Below, piece by piece: positions 22,838-30,863 of a stretch of 32,000 bases of DNA (positions within the stretch are counted from its first letter, which is position 1; each line of letters opens with the position of its first letter). The translations under genes were made by a program, and so were the position numbers. The notes beneath the pieces were generated by a model. The model searched no databases and was not told the origin of the DNA. It saw only the letters and a program-made list of their open reading frames with translations. This DNA is from Kineococcus radiotolerans SRS30216 = ATCC BAA-149. Its GTDB lineage: Bacteria; Actinomycetota; Actinomycetes; Actinomycetales; Kineococcaceae. The DNA lies in NCBI RefSeq assembly GCF_000017305.1, contig NC_009664.2, positions 240,001-272,000 of the forward strand. The letters run 5' to 3'.

Positions 22838-24769
22838 TCACTCCCGCGCGCGCAGCAGGGAGACGGGAGCCGCGCGGGTGGCCGACCACGCCGTCCACGC
22901 GCTGGTGGCGCCGGTCACGACGAAGGCTCCCGCCACGAGGGAACCGACCAGGACCCAGGGCAGGTCGAGACTGGGCGACCCGGTGGCCGCAGCGGTGGTG
23001 ATCAGCACCGCCGCCAGCGTGCCGGCGGCCGCCACGACCCCCAGCAGCACCCCGGCCCCGGTGACGGTCCAGGTCTCCAGCAGAGCACTGCCCACCACCT
23101 GCCGGCGGGTCAGCCCGCTGGCCCGGGCGGTGGCGAACTCCCGCCGGCGGGCGGAGGTGGCCACGACACCGGAGTTGACGACCCCGATGAGCGCGTACAG
23201 CGCCCCCAGCCCCATCACGACCACCAGGATCGAGGTGTCGGTGGAGGCCGCGGCCCGGGCGGACCCCTGCAGCCAGTCGTCGACGACGCTGACGGCGGCG
23301 CCCGGACCGGCCGCCGCGGCGAGGGCGGCGGCGACCTGGTGGGGATCCGCGCCCGGCTGCAGCTGGACGAAGGTGCGGGCGGGTGAACCGGCCAGCACGT
23401 CCGCGGGCAGCAGACCCTCGGGCAGCAGCAGGGCCGGGCCACCGCCGACGGTCTGCGGCACGCCCGCGACGACGGGCAGCCGTCCCAGGTCCGTCTCCCC
23501 CACCCGCACCCCGACCTCGGACCCGACGGGTGTGCCCAGGGCGCCGGGCCCGGCCGCCAGGGCCCGGCCCCGCAGGGCGGCGAGCGGTCCGCTGCCGGCG
23601 TGGAGGCGTTCGTAGGCGGCGGGGTCGACGACCAGGACGCGGCTGATCTCGGTGAAGGCCATCTCCCCGGTCCCGGTGGTCACCGCCGCCGGGAGCTCGA
23701 CCTCGGTGGAGGTGGTGGCGACCCCGCTCACGCCGGTGAACGCCGCGGCCGGTCCGGCGCCGGCGGCGGGGAGGGTGGACTCGACGACGACCTGGGCGAC
23801 GGTGTCCTGCCGCAGCTCCCGCTGCGCGGCGGCGGTGTAGGACCACGCGGCGCCGGTCTGCCCGAGCAGCAGACCGACCAGGACGATCAGCGGCGCGGCC
23901 GTCGACGCGCTGCGGCGCACCTCGTCCCGCAGGTTCGCGCGGGCCAGGTCGCCCAGCGTGCCCGCCCGCGCCGGCAGCAGGCGAGCCAGCCCCGGGACCG
24001 CCAGCGGGGCGAACGTGGCCAGGGCCAGCGCCGCGCAGAGGGAGACGCAGACCGCCATCGCCCGTCCCCCGGCAGGCCCACCCAGCGGGGACAGCGCGGC
24101 CAGCGCGAGAGCACCGGCGCCCAGGACGGCCCCGGTGATCCAGCGACCGCGGGTCATCACCCCGGCCGGTTCCTCACCGGCGCGCAGGGCTTCCAGCGGC
24201 CGCACCCGCGCGGCGCGGCGCGCGGCGAGGAACACCCCGGCCAGCGCCAGCGCGGTGCCCAGGGCGATCGAGGCGGGCAGCACCCAGACCCGCCACTGCA
24301 CGCTGAAGTCGCCCGGCAGCAGCCCGAGGCGGACCATGAGCGCCTGCTGCACCCGCACCAGCCCCACGCCCACGGCGCTGCCGGCGAGGGAGCCGGCCAC
24401 GCCCAGCAGGACCGCCTCCCCCAGCAGCAGCCGCATCACGTGCCGGCGCCCGGCGCCCACCAGGCGCAGCAGGGCCAGTTCCTGACGGCGCTGGTCCACG
24501 GTGAAGGCGAAGGTGGAGGCGATGACGAAGACGGCCAGGAAGGCCGCCAGCGCCAGGGTGACGGCCTCGACGGTGACCGCGACGATCCGGGCCTCGTCGA
24601 AGCTCATGGCCTGGACCGGAGTCGCCCCGGCGGAGGCGTCGGCGGTGGCGCTGGTCAGCAGCAGCAGCAACGAGGACTGCACCAGGGCCACGCCCAGGCA
24701 GACGGTCAGCACGGCCCCGGCGAACGCGCTCCAGCGTTCCAGCAGGCCCGACCAGCTCAAGCGCAGCAC
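22838..24769 (-). CDS. FtsX/MacB-type ABC transporter permease
   Basis: Repeated polytopic hydrophobic blocks with two FtsX-like modules. GTG 24769 lies 1 nt after the ATPase stop, with GGAGG 6-7 nt upstream. The 5' 128 codons of listed ORF 22838..25153 were rejected because they overlap the ATPase out of frame. Confidence 0.8.
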   Translation of the reverse strand: MLRLSWSGLLERWSAFAGAVLTVCLGVALVQSSLLLLLTSATADASAGATPVQAMSFDEARIVAVTVEAVTLALAAFLAVFVIASTFAFTVDQRRQELALLRLVGAGRRHVMRLLLGEAVLLGVAGSLAGSAVGVGLVRVQQALMVRLGLLPGDFSVQWRVWVLPASIALGTALALAGVFLAARRAARVRPLEALRAGEEPAGVMTRGRWITGAVLGAGALALAALSPLGGPAGGRAMAVCVSLCAALALATFAPLAVPGLARLLPARAGTLGDLARANLRDEVRRSASTAAPLIVLVGLLLGQTGAAWSYTAAAQRELRQDTVAQVVVESTLPAAGAGPAAAFTGVSGVATTSTEVELPAAVTTGTGEMAFTEISRVLVVDPAAYERLHAGSGPLAALRGRALAAGPGALGTPVGSEVGVRVGETDLGRLPVVAGVPQTVGGGPALLLPEGLLPADVLAGSPARTFVQLQPGADPHQVAAALAAAAGPGAAVSVVDDWLQGSARAAASTDTSILVVVMGLGALYALIGVVNSGVVATSARRREFATARASGLTRRQVVGSALLETWTVTGAGVLLGVVAAAGTLAAVLITTAAATGSPSLDLPWVLVGSLVAGAFVVTGATSAWTAWSATRAAPVSLLRARE

Positions 24770-24770
24770 C

Positions 24771-25517
24771 TCAGCCCTCCAGCGAGACGAGGCGGGCGGC
24801 GACGGTGGCGGCGTCCGCACCGGCGAGGCGGTCCACGATCCGGCCGTCGCGCAGGAACACCGTCGCGTCCGCGCGCGCAGCGGCGGCCGGGTCGTGGGTG
24901 ACCATGACGATGGTCTGACCCGCGCTGACGGTGGTGCGCATGAGGTCGAGGACCCCGCGCGCGGCGGTGGAGTCCAGCGCACCGGTCGGCTCGTCGGCGA
25001 AGAGGACCTCCGGGGCGGTGACCATCGCGCGGGCGATGGCCACGCGCTGCTGCTGCCCGCCGGAGAGCTGGCGGGGACGGTGGTCGGCGCGCTCGGCCAG
25101 GCCGACCGCGGCCAGCGCCTGCAGCACCTGCTCGCGGCCGGGTCGCCGTCCACTCAGGCGCAGGGGCAGTTCGACGTTCTGCGCCGCGCTCAGGGAGGAG
25201 ACGAGGTTGAAGCTCTGGAAGACGAACCCGATGCGGGTGCGCCGCAGGGCGGAGAGCTCCTCGTCGTCGGCGTCGGTGATGTCGGTGTCCCCGAGCAGGA
25301 CCCGTCCGGCGTCCACGTGTTCCAGCCCAGCGGCGCAGTTGAGCAGGGTGGACTTCCCCGAGCCGGAGGGGCCCATGACGGCCGTCCAGGTACCGGGCGC
25401 GAAGTCCACGTCCACGCCGTCCACGGCGCGCACGGCCGTGGGGCCGGTGCCGTAGGTCTTGCTGACGGCCTCCAGGGAGACCGCGGCAGTGGTGCGGGAG
25501 AGGGCGGTCGTCGACAT
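24771..25517 (-). CDS. ABC transporter ATP-binding protein (MacB/LolD-like)
   Basis: Walker [10 protein letters not shown], signature [14 protein letters not shown], Walker [15 protein letters not shown] 25517 is preceded by GGAGGA at 6 nt. Confidence 0.9.
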   Translation of the reverse strand: MSTTALSRTTAAVSLEAVSKTYGTGPTAVRAVDGVDVDFAPGTWTAVMGPSGSGKSTLLNCAAGLEHVDAGRVLLGDTDITDADDEELSALRRTRIGFVFQSFNLVSSLSAAQNVELPLRLSGRRPGREQVLQALAAVGLAERADHRPRQLSGGQQQRVAIARAMVTAPEVLFADEPTGALDSTAARGVLDLMRTTVSAGQTIVMVTHDPAAAARADATVFLRDGRIVDRLAGADAATVAARLVSLEG

Positions 25518-25562
25518 GCTCGTATCCTCCGGTCGCGCAGCGGGGTCCCACCAGGACGGAGC

Positions 25563-25583
25563 CCCCCCGTCGGAGACGGGGGG
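25563..25583 (-). other. 9-bp C/G hairpin in the leader of the MacB-type operon
   Basis: CCCCCCGTC (25563-25571) pairs with GACGGGGGG (25575-25583) around a 3-nt loop, 46-66 nt upstream of ATG 25517. Function unknown. Confidence 0.3.
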
Positions 25584-25905
25584 TAGCCCTACCGGTGCGG
25601 CTGCTCAGGTGTCGGGGCACGAGCCTCGCGTCCGGCGGGCGGGGCAACCAGGCCCTGACGCAGCTACCCAGGGCGCGGTCACGACAACCACCGGCGGACG
25701 TCCTGTTGGTGCCCGGTGGGGAACCCTCGACCGGTGCGGTGACGACGCCGCCCCGGGTTTCGCGCGCCGGCCGAGTTCGGTGTCGCGCCGGTGGTCGGGC
25801 GCGTCGTGGTCGACGGGCACGACCGGGAGTTCCGGCCCCCGGACGGTGGAACGACCGCGGTGCCGCACGCAGCGCGACCCGAGCTGCCGGGCGCCGATCC
25901 GGGGA

Positions 25906-26202
25906 TCAGCGGTGGGCGTTGCGGGCCTCGCCGCGGGCGGCCTCCCGCTGCAGGCGCTTCCTGCGCGAGGCGTGCCCGTCGTTCCAGGTGCCCAGCAACA
26001 GGACCGAGCCCAGGACGACGGCCGCCCACCCCTGCCACTCGCCCATCGCGTCCTTCGCGGCCAGGAAGACGACACCGGCGACGAGCCACGCTGCGGGCAG
26101 GACCGCTCCCAGCCACCACCGTGAGCGGTTGGACATGACCAGGCGCTGCACCAGCACCAGGGCGATCACGGCGGCGTACATCAGCAGGCGGGTGGTGCTC
26201 AC
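25906..26202 (-). CDS. Small (98 aa) membrane protein
   Basis: Three hydrophobic segments (LLMYAAVIALVLV, WWLGAVLPAAWLVAGVVFLAA, WAAVVLGSVLLLG) and a basic tail. GTG 26202 is preceded by GGAGG. The upstream part of ORF 25906..26454 was rejected. Confidence 0.6.
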   Translation of the reverse strand: MSTTRLLMYAAVIALVLVQRLVMSNRSRWWLGAVLPAAWLVAGVVFLAAKDAMGEWQGWAAVVLGSVLLLGTWNDGHASRRKRLQREAARGEARNAHR

Positions 26203-26419
26203 AGGGGTTCTGCCTCCGGTGTCGGGGGGTCGCGGTCTCGTGGGCGGGCAGGACGCGTGAGCACCGGGGTGCGCACGACGGAGCGGTCGTCGTCGGCGGG
26301 GGTTCCGATCCGACGTGCACAGTACGCAGGTACCGGCGGAGCGGGCGCTGGCGGCGGGACGGCTGCGCGGTCCGCGGCGGGGCCGCCCCGGTGCCCGGGC
26401 GGTCACCGTCTCCCGACCC

Positions 26420-26570
26420 GTGGATCCGGGGAACCGGGCGTGGTCCCGGCGCACGGAGGAGCAGGCCGAGCCCCCGCCGCCTCAGCCGGTGGAGGCCTCA
26501 AGGTGCAGACGGCTCCGGCCGAGGCATGCCTGGGCGACGGCGTGCCGGTGAGGCGGCACGCCGGCGCCGG
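26420..26570 (+). promoter_or_regulatory. Structured 5' leader of the M15 peptidase gene; candidate riboswitch or attenuator (possibly ydaO/c-di-AMP-like, unverified)
   Basis: The region lies in a 407-nt stretch with no credible ORF. A 10-bp hairpin pairs 26538-26547 with 26554-26563. A palindrome AGGCATGCCT sits at 26522-26531. Segments GGAUCCGGGGAACC (26422-26435) and CAGCC...CCUCAAGGUGC (ending 26506) loosely recall ydaO consensus blocks (GGGGACCCA; CAGCUAACCUCGUAAGCG). The match is partial and judged by eye only. Confidence 0.25.
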
Positions 26571-26609
26571 GACGAACGAGTGGCCGGCACCTGACCAGGG
26601 AGGTGGACG

Positions 26610-27347
26610 ATGGACGGCATCAGCAGCGTCACGTCGCGCATCGCGGAGATCCAGGCGCTCATCGGCTCGCTGCAGCCGGCGGCGCCGGTGAGGGTGCTGG
26701 GCACCACCTCCGGCGCGGCCGTGAACGGGACCGCTGCCGCCCGGAACGGCCTCAGCAGCGGCGCGAGCACCGGCAGCGGCGACGCGTCGGGGTTGACCTT
26801 CGCGTCGGCGTTGTCGCAGAGCATCGCCACCCGCACCAGCAGCGGGGGCCTGCTCAACGGTGTTCCCTCCGCGGCGAACGCGGGAACGGTGAGCGCAGCG
26901 GCCGGAGGTGTCTCCTCCACGGGTGCCCGCTCGACCGCCGGCCTGCGCACCGCGGACGGAGTGCCGCTGGCCCTGGCCGGGTACGGCAACGGCAAGGTCC
27001 CCGCCGCCGCGTTGAGCAGCATCGGTCAGGGCTCGCACACGATGTGGGCACCGGCTGCGCAGGCCTACCAGCAGCTGCGCGCCGCCGCCGCCCGCGACGG
27101 CATCACCATCAAGGCCACGGACTCCTACCGCTCCTACGAGCAGCAGGTCGACCTGGCGCGACGCAAGGGCCTGTACTCCCAGGGCGGACTCGCGGCCAAA
27201 CCCGGCACCAGCGAGCACGGGTGGGGCCTGAGCCTGGACCTGGACCTGAGCCCGAAGGCCTTGAACTGGATGCGCACCCACTCGAAGGAGTACGGCTTCG
27301 AGGAGAACGTGCCCCGCGAGCCGTGGCACTGGACCTTCACCGCCTGA
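26610..27347 (+). CDS. M15-family (VanY-type) D-alanyl-D-alanine carboxypeptidase / peptidoglycan peptidase
   Basis: C-terminal motifs SYRSYEQQ, GTSEHGWGLSLD (H..D zinc ligands) and EPWHW. The N-terminal region of about 120 aa is Ala/Gly/Ser-rich. ATG 26610 is preceded by GGGAGG at 6 nt. Confidence 0.85.
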   Translation: MDGISSVTSRIAEIQALIGSLQPAAPVRVLGTTSGAAVNGTAAARNGLSSGASTGSGDASGLTFASALSQSIATRTSSGGLLNGVPSAANAGTVSAAAGGVSSTGARSTAGLRTADGVPLALAGYGNGKVPAAALSSIGQGSHTMWAPAAQAYQQLRAAAARDGITIKATDSYRSYEQQVDLARRKGLYSQGGLAAKPGTSEHGWGLSLDLDLSPKALNWMRTHSKEYGFEENVPREPWHWTFTA

Positions 27348-27413
27348 CCCGCTCGCGCGACCCGTCCGCCGGGTGGGGACCTCGGTCGACACCCGCCGGG
27401 GGTGTTGACGGGC

Positions 27414-27950
27414 TCAGTCGTGGACGACCAGCGAGGTGGGGAAACCGCCGGGGTCCGGGCACACCCGCACCGCGGCCGGTGGTGGGATGCCCACCACCGC
27501 GCTCAGGCTGTAGTCGGTGCAGTCGGTGGTCTCCCACACCCCGCCCAGGGCGATGCCCAGGTGCGGTGCCGTCCACGGGCGTTCTTCGCGGACCTCGACC
27601 AGGACCAGGTGCCCGTGCAGCCAGCGCCCGGCGGGCAACCGCAGGTCCAGCGCCTGGCCCGCCTGGACGGTCTGCTCGCCGATGAACCACCGCCGGCCGT
27701 GCTCGGTGGCCCGTTCCTCCAGGACGGTGGCGGGGTCCGGGCCGACGAGGCGTTCCCAGTGCTCACGGGCCCACACCTCGTAGCAGGCCTCGTCCAGCTC
27801 CGGGGTCCACGGTCCGCGGACGACGTCGGGCCCGGTCCAGCCGCAGGCGCACAGGGGGAAGAGCGGCGAGCCGTCGGTGACACCGGCGGCGGGCTGCACG
27901 GTGCCCTCGACGCGCACACCGACCTCGTGGCTGTGGTCGTCCACGCCCAT
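27414..27950 (-). CDS. Hypothetical protein (178 aa), no family recognised
   Basis: High-GC3 ORF of ordinary composition. ATG 27950 is preceded by GGAGG at 6-7 nt. Confidence 0.6.
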   Translation of the reverse strand: MGVDDHSHEVGVRVEGTVQPAAGVTDGSPLFPLCACGWTGPDVVRGPWTPELDEACYEVWAREHWERLVGPDPATVLEERATEHGRRWFIGEQTVQAGQALDLRLPAGRWLHGHLVLVEVREERPWTAPHLGIALGGVWETTDCTDYSLSAVVGIPPPAAVRVCPDPGGFPTSLVVHD

Positions 27951-28181
27951 GCTGCGACCTCCTCGGCGCCTCCCTCGAAGCGTAGGGACGGTCGCCGCTG
28001 CGCGTCAGACGATCGACGAACCCCGAGCACGGACCGGGCCACCCGTCACGACCGTCCGGGCCGCGTCGACCGTCCGGGAGGACTCCCGGCACGGGGCGCG
28101 ACTCGGCGCCGGCTGCCGGCGGGGGCGGGACGTCGCTGGATCGAGCGCATCGCGGTGAGCGGGCCGGCGGTCCCCGGCCCG

Positions 28182-28886
28182 TCAGGGACGGACGGGGTGG
28201 GCGTCGGGTGGCGGGATCCCGAAGACGGCCGGGTCGCGCTCCACGACGGGCTCCTTGGTGAGGTGGGCGGCTCGGACGCGGTCGAAGCGGAACCAGCGCG
28301 GGGCCTGACGCCGGTGGCACCAGCCGAGCAGGTACCAGCGGTCGCCGGTGCGCGCGAGCAGGTGAGGCTCCACCCGGCGCCGCGAGGACCGCCCGGAGGC
28401 GTCGCGGTAGTCCAGGACCAGCACTCGACGGGTGGCCAGCGCTTCGCCGAGGGCGCTGGAGACGGAACTGGAGGCGGTGGCCGCCGGTGCCGGGTCCGCG
28501 TCGTGGACCCAGACGCGGGCCCCGAGCTCCTCGACCCGCCGGCGGTCGGCCGGGGTCATCACGTCGAGCACCTTCTCCAGCGCCACCCGCCCGTCGGCGG
28601 CGTACGGGGCGTCGGGCTGGGTGGCGAGGGCGGTGGCGACCGCGACGGCCTGGGCGGGCGTGAGGTTGACCGGGGCCAGGGTGGCCACGGCGTCGAGGAC
28701 GTAACCGCCGCCGGGTCCGCTCTGCGCCCAGACCGGGAGCCCGGCCTGCTGCAGCGCCGCGACGTCGCGCTTGACGGTGCGGGTGCTCACCTCCAGCCAG
28801 CCGGCCAGCTGCGCTGCGGTGCGCCCGCGCGGGCCGGCACGGCGCAGCTCCTCGCTCAGGGCGTGCAGCCTGTCGGTGCGGTTCAC
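28182..28886 (-). CDS. WYL-domain transcriptional regulator (HTH_11 + WYL, YafY-like)
   Basis: N-terminal HTH TAAQLAGWLEVSTRTVKRDVAALQQAGLPV. WYL domain DRWYLLGWCHRRQAPRWFRFDRV. GTG 28886. The 5' 204 codons of listed ORF 28182..29498 were rejected. Confidence 0.85.
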   Translation of the reverse strand: MNRTDRLHALSEELRRAGPRGRTAAQLAGWLEVSTRTVKRDVAALQQAGLPVWAQSGPGGGYVLDAVATLAPVNLTPAQAVAVATALATQPDAPYAADGRVALEKVLDVMTPADRRRVEELGARVWVHDADPAPAATASSSVSSALGEALATRRVLVLDYRDASGRSSRRRVEPHLLARTGDRWYLLGWCHRRQAPRWFRFDRVRAAHLTKEPVVERDPAVFGIPPPDAHPVRP

Positions 28887-28904
28887 GTCCGAACAGTGGC
28901 AGAG

Positions 28905-28956
28905 ACGGTGACGGGGACGGTGACGGGCACGGTGACGGTGACAGGCTGGTGTCACC
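28905..28956. promoter_or_regulatory. GGTGAC repeat array in the 93-nt divergent intergenic region (candidate WYL-regulator operator)
   Basis: Three tandem 12-mers ACGGTGACGGGG, ACGGTGACGGGC and ACGGTGACGGTG (28905-28940). Four direct GGTGAC copies start at 28907, 28919, 28931 and 28937. An inverted repeat GGTGACA (28937-28943) and TGTCACC (28950-28956) flanks a 6-nt spacer. Confidence 0.5.
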
Positions 28957-28979
28957 GAGCACCCCCCACCGTGGGCGGC

Positions 28980-29579
28980 ATGGCTGAGATCGCGCTGTTC
29001 CACTCCGTGCTCGGAGTCCGCCCCGGCGTCCACGAGGCCGCGCAGCGCCTGCGCGCCGCCGGGCACGAGGTGCTGGTCGTCGACCAGTACGAGGGGCGGG
29101 TGTTCGACGACTACGAGCGGGCCGGGCACCACGTCGAGGAGATCGGCTTCCCCGAGCTGATGGACAGGGCGGTGAGAGCCGTGGAGCCGCTGCGGGACGG
29201 CTTCGTCGCGGCCGGTTTCTCCAACGGTGCGGGCATGGCCGAGCACGTCGCCACGCAGCGCACCTGCGGCGGGGTGCTGCTGTTCTCCGGGGCCCTGCCG
29301 CTGGCCGTGCTCGGCGGCGTGGCCTGGCCCGCCGGGACCCCCGCCCAGATCCACTACACCCAGGACGACCCCTTCCGGCGGCAGGAGTGGATCGACGCCC
29401 TCGTCGCCGACATCACGGCCAGCGGCAGCCGTGTCGAGGTCTTCGACCACCCCGGCTCCGGGCACCTGTTCACCGATCCGAGCCTGCCGGACGAGCACGA
29501 TCCGCTGGCCGCGGCGAGCCTGTGGGAACGCGCGGAAGCCTTCTGCCGCGACGCCACCGGTGGCACCCGGGGGACCTGA
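28980..29579 (+). CDS. Alpha/beta hydrolase, dienelactone-hydrolase-like
   Basis: EIALFHSVLGVRPG start, nucleophile elbow GFSNG and a C-terminal HPGSGHLF motif. ATG 28980 is the only sensible start inside listed ORF 27402..29579. Confidence 0.8.
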   Translation: MAEIALFHSVLGVRPGVHEAAQRLRAAGHEVLVVDQYEGRVFDDYERAGHHVEEIGFPELMDRAVRAVEPLRDGFVAAGFSNGAGMAEHVATQRTCGGVLLFSGALPLAVLGGVAWPAGTPAQIHYTQDDPFRRQEWIDALVADITASGSRVEVFDHPGSGHLFTDPSLPDEHDPLAAASLWERAEAFCRDATGGTRGT

Positions 29580-29649
29580 GCCCCGGGGACCCGAACCCGG
29601 CGGGAGGACACCGTCCCGCGAGGGCGGCCGGAGGTGTCCCGGAGGCGTC

Positions 29650-29979
29650 TCAGGGGGACGTCGCGGCGCGCACCCTCAACCGCTCGACGCGGTCCTGGCG
29701 CCAGGACGCGGTGACCAGGCACCGTCCGACCGCCCCGTCGACCTGCACCTCGACCACCACCCCGCCGTCCGGGCCCGGCGGCGGCGCCGTGAGGGCTCGC
29801 ACCCGCACGTGCGTGCCGATCACCTGGCGGGTGTTCCACTCCGCGATCTGCAACAACCCCTGGTAGCGGTGCCCGTCGTCGTCGACGACGGCGTCGTCGG
29901 TGAAGGAGTCCAGGAAACCTTCCGTGTCCTCGGCGTTGACGGATTCCAGCAACGGGCCCAGGTCGTCGATGGACGTCAC
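29650..29979 (-). CDS. SnoaL/NTF2-like small protein
   Basis: The 109-aa sequence LLESVNAEDTEGFLDSFTDDAVVDD...AEWN is typical of SnoaL-like folds. GTG 29979 overlaps the upstream stop (GTGA) and is preceded by GGAGGAG. Confidence 0.7.
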   Translation of the reverse strand: MTSIDDLGPLLESVNAEDTEGFLDSFTDDAVVDDDGHRYQGLLQIAEWNTRQVIGTHVRVRALTAPPPGPDGGVVVEVQVDGAVGRCLVTASWRQDRVERLRVRAATSP

Positions 29980-30863
29980 GAGCGCTCCTCCTCGGTTCCT
30001 CGGTGGTGCTCGGCCAGGAGGGTGTCGAGGACCTCCTGGGATCCGGTACCCGGAACCGGGGAGAACAACGTGACGATCAACCCCTCGTCGCCCGGGGGCT
30101 GCAACGTCTCGTAGTCGTAGGTGTACTGGCCCGCGCGGGGGTGCAGCAGCCGGTGGCGGCCGTGCGTGGAACCGTCGACGTCGGGCATCGACCACAGCCG
30201 CCGGAACTCCTCGCTGCGGTCCAGCAGTTCCTGCACGAGCTGCTGGACCCGTTCGTCGTGGGGGTGCAGAGCGGCCTGCACGCGCAGACCCGCGACCCCG
30301 GCCCGGGCTCCCAGCGACCAGTCGGCCACCAGGACGCGCGCGTAGGGCTCCAGGAAGTGGTCCCGGACCAGGTTCTTGTCCCGGGTCAGGGACTGGCCCG
30401 GAGGGGTGATCAGCAGTCGCCACACCAGGTTCGCGGCGACGACGTCCAGGCTGGGCGTGAGGACGGCGGCGGGCACGGCGAAGGAATCGGCCAGGGCCAG
30501 CAGGGACGGCCGCGCGGGAGCCTGCGCCCGCGAGGACCTGCGGCGCGCCGGTGACGCGGCCAGGCGGTGCAGGTGCGCGCTCTCCTCCGGCGTGGCCCGC
30601 AGGGCGCGGCCCAGCGCGGTCAGCACCGCGGGGGAGACTTCGCCGACGCGCCCCTGCTCGATGCGGGTGTAGTAGTCCAGGCTCACACCGGCCAGGTCGG
30701 CCACCTCCTGGCGGCGCAGCCCCGGGACCCGGCGGGAGGCACCCGAGCCGCCCGGTCCCGCCGGCCCGGCGTGCACGGGCCACCCGACGTCCTCCGGTCG
30801 GCGGCGGTTGCGCAGGGCGCGCAGGAACGCCCCGAGACCGGCGCCGCCCGAGGCCCCCTCCAC
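29976..30863 (-). CDS. XRE-type HTH regulator with a MmyB-like ligand-binding domain
   Basis: LGAFLRALRNRRRPEDVG...GLRRQEVADLAGVSLDYYTRIEQGR, followed by a MmyB-like C-terminal domain. GTG 30863 gives the typical length of about 295 aa. The upstream in-frame stretch to TTG 31070 is P/G/A-rich with only about 78% GC3, so the longer start is possible but not favoured. Confidence 0.75.
   Translation of the reverse strand: MEGASGGAGLGAFLRALRNRRRPEDVGWPVHAGPAGPGGSGASRRVPGLRRQEVADLAGVSLDYYTRIEQGRVGEVSPAVLTALGRALRATPEESAHLHRLAASPARRRSSRAQAPARPSLLALADSFAVPAAVLTPSLDVVAANLVWRLLITPPGQSLTRDKNLVRDHFLEPYARVLVADWSLGARAGVAGLRVQAALHPHDERVQQLVQELLDRSEEFRRLWSMPDVDGSTHGRHRLLHPRAGQYTYDYETLQPPGDEGLIVTLFSPVPGTGSQEVLDTLLAEHHRGTEEERS

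Noticed and set aside
25605-26075. A minus-strand ORF whose 25730-25905 part shows codon-like periodicity.
   Set aside because: It overlaps the better-supported small membrane protein gene (25906-26202) in another frame. The translation is basic, Pro-rich and featureless, and the periodicity disappears toward its stop. It is kept only as a note under the 25518-25905 finding.
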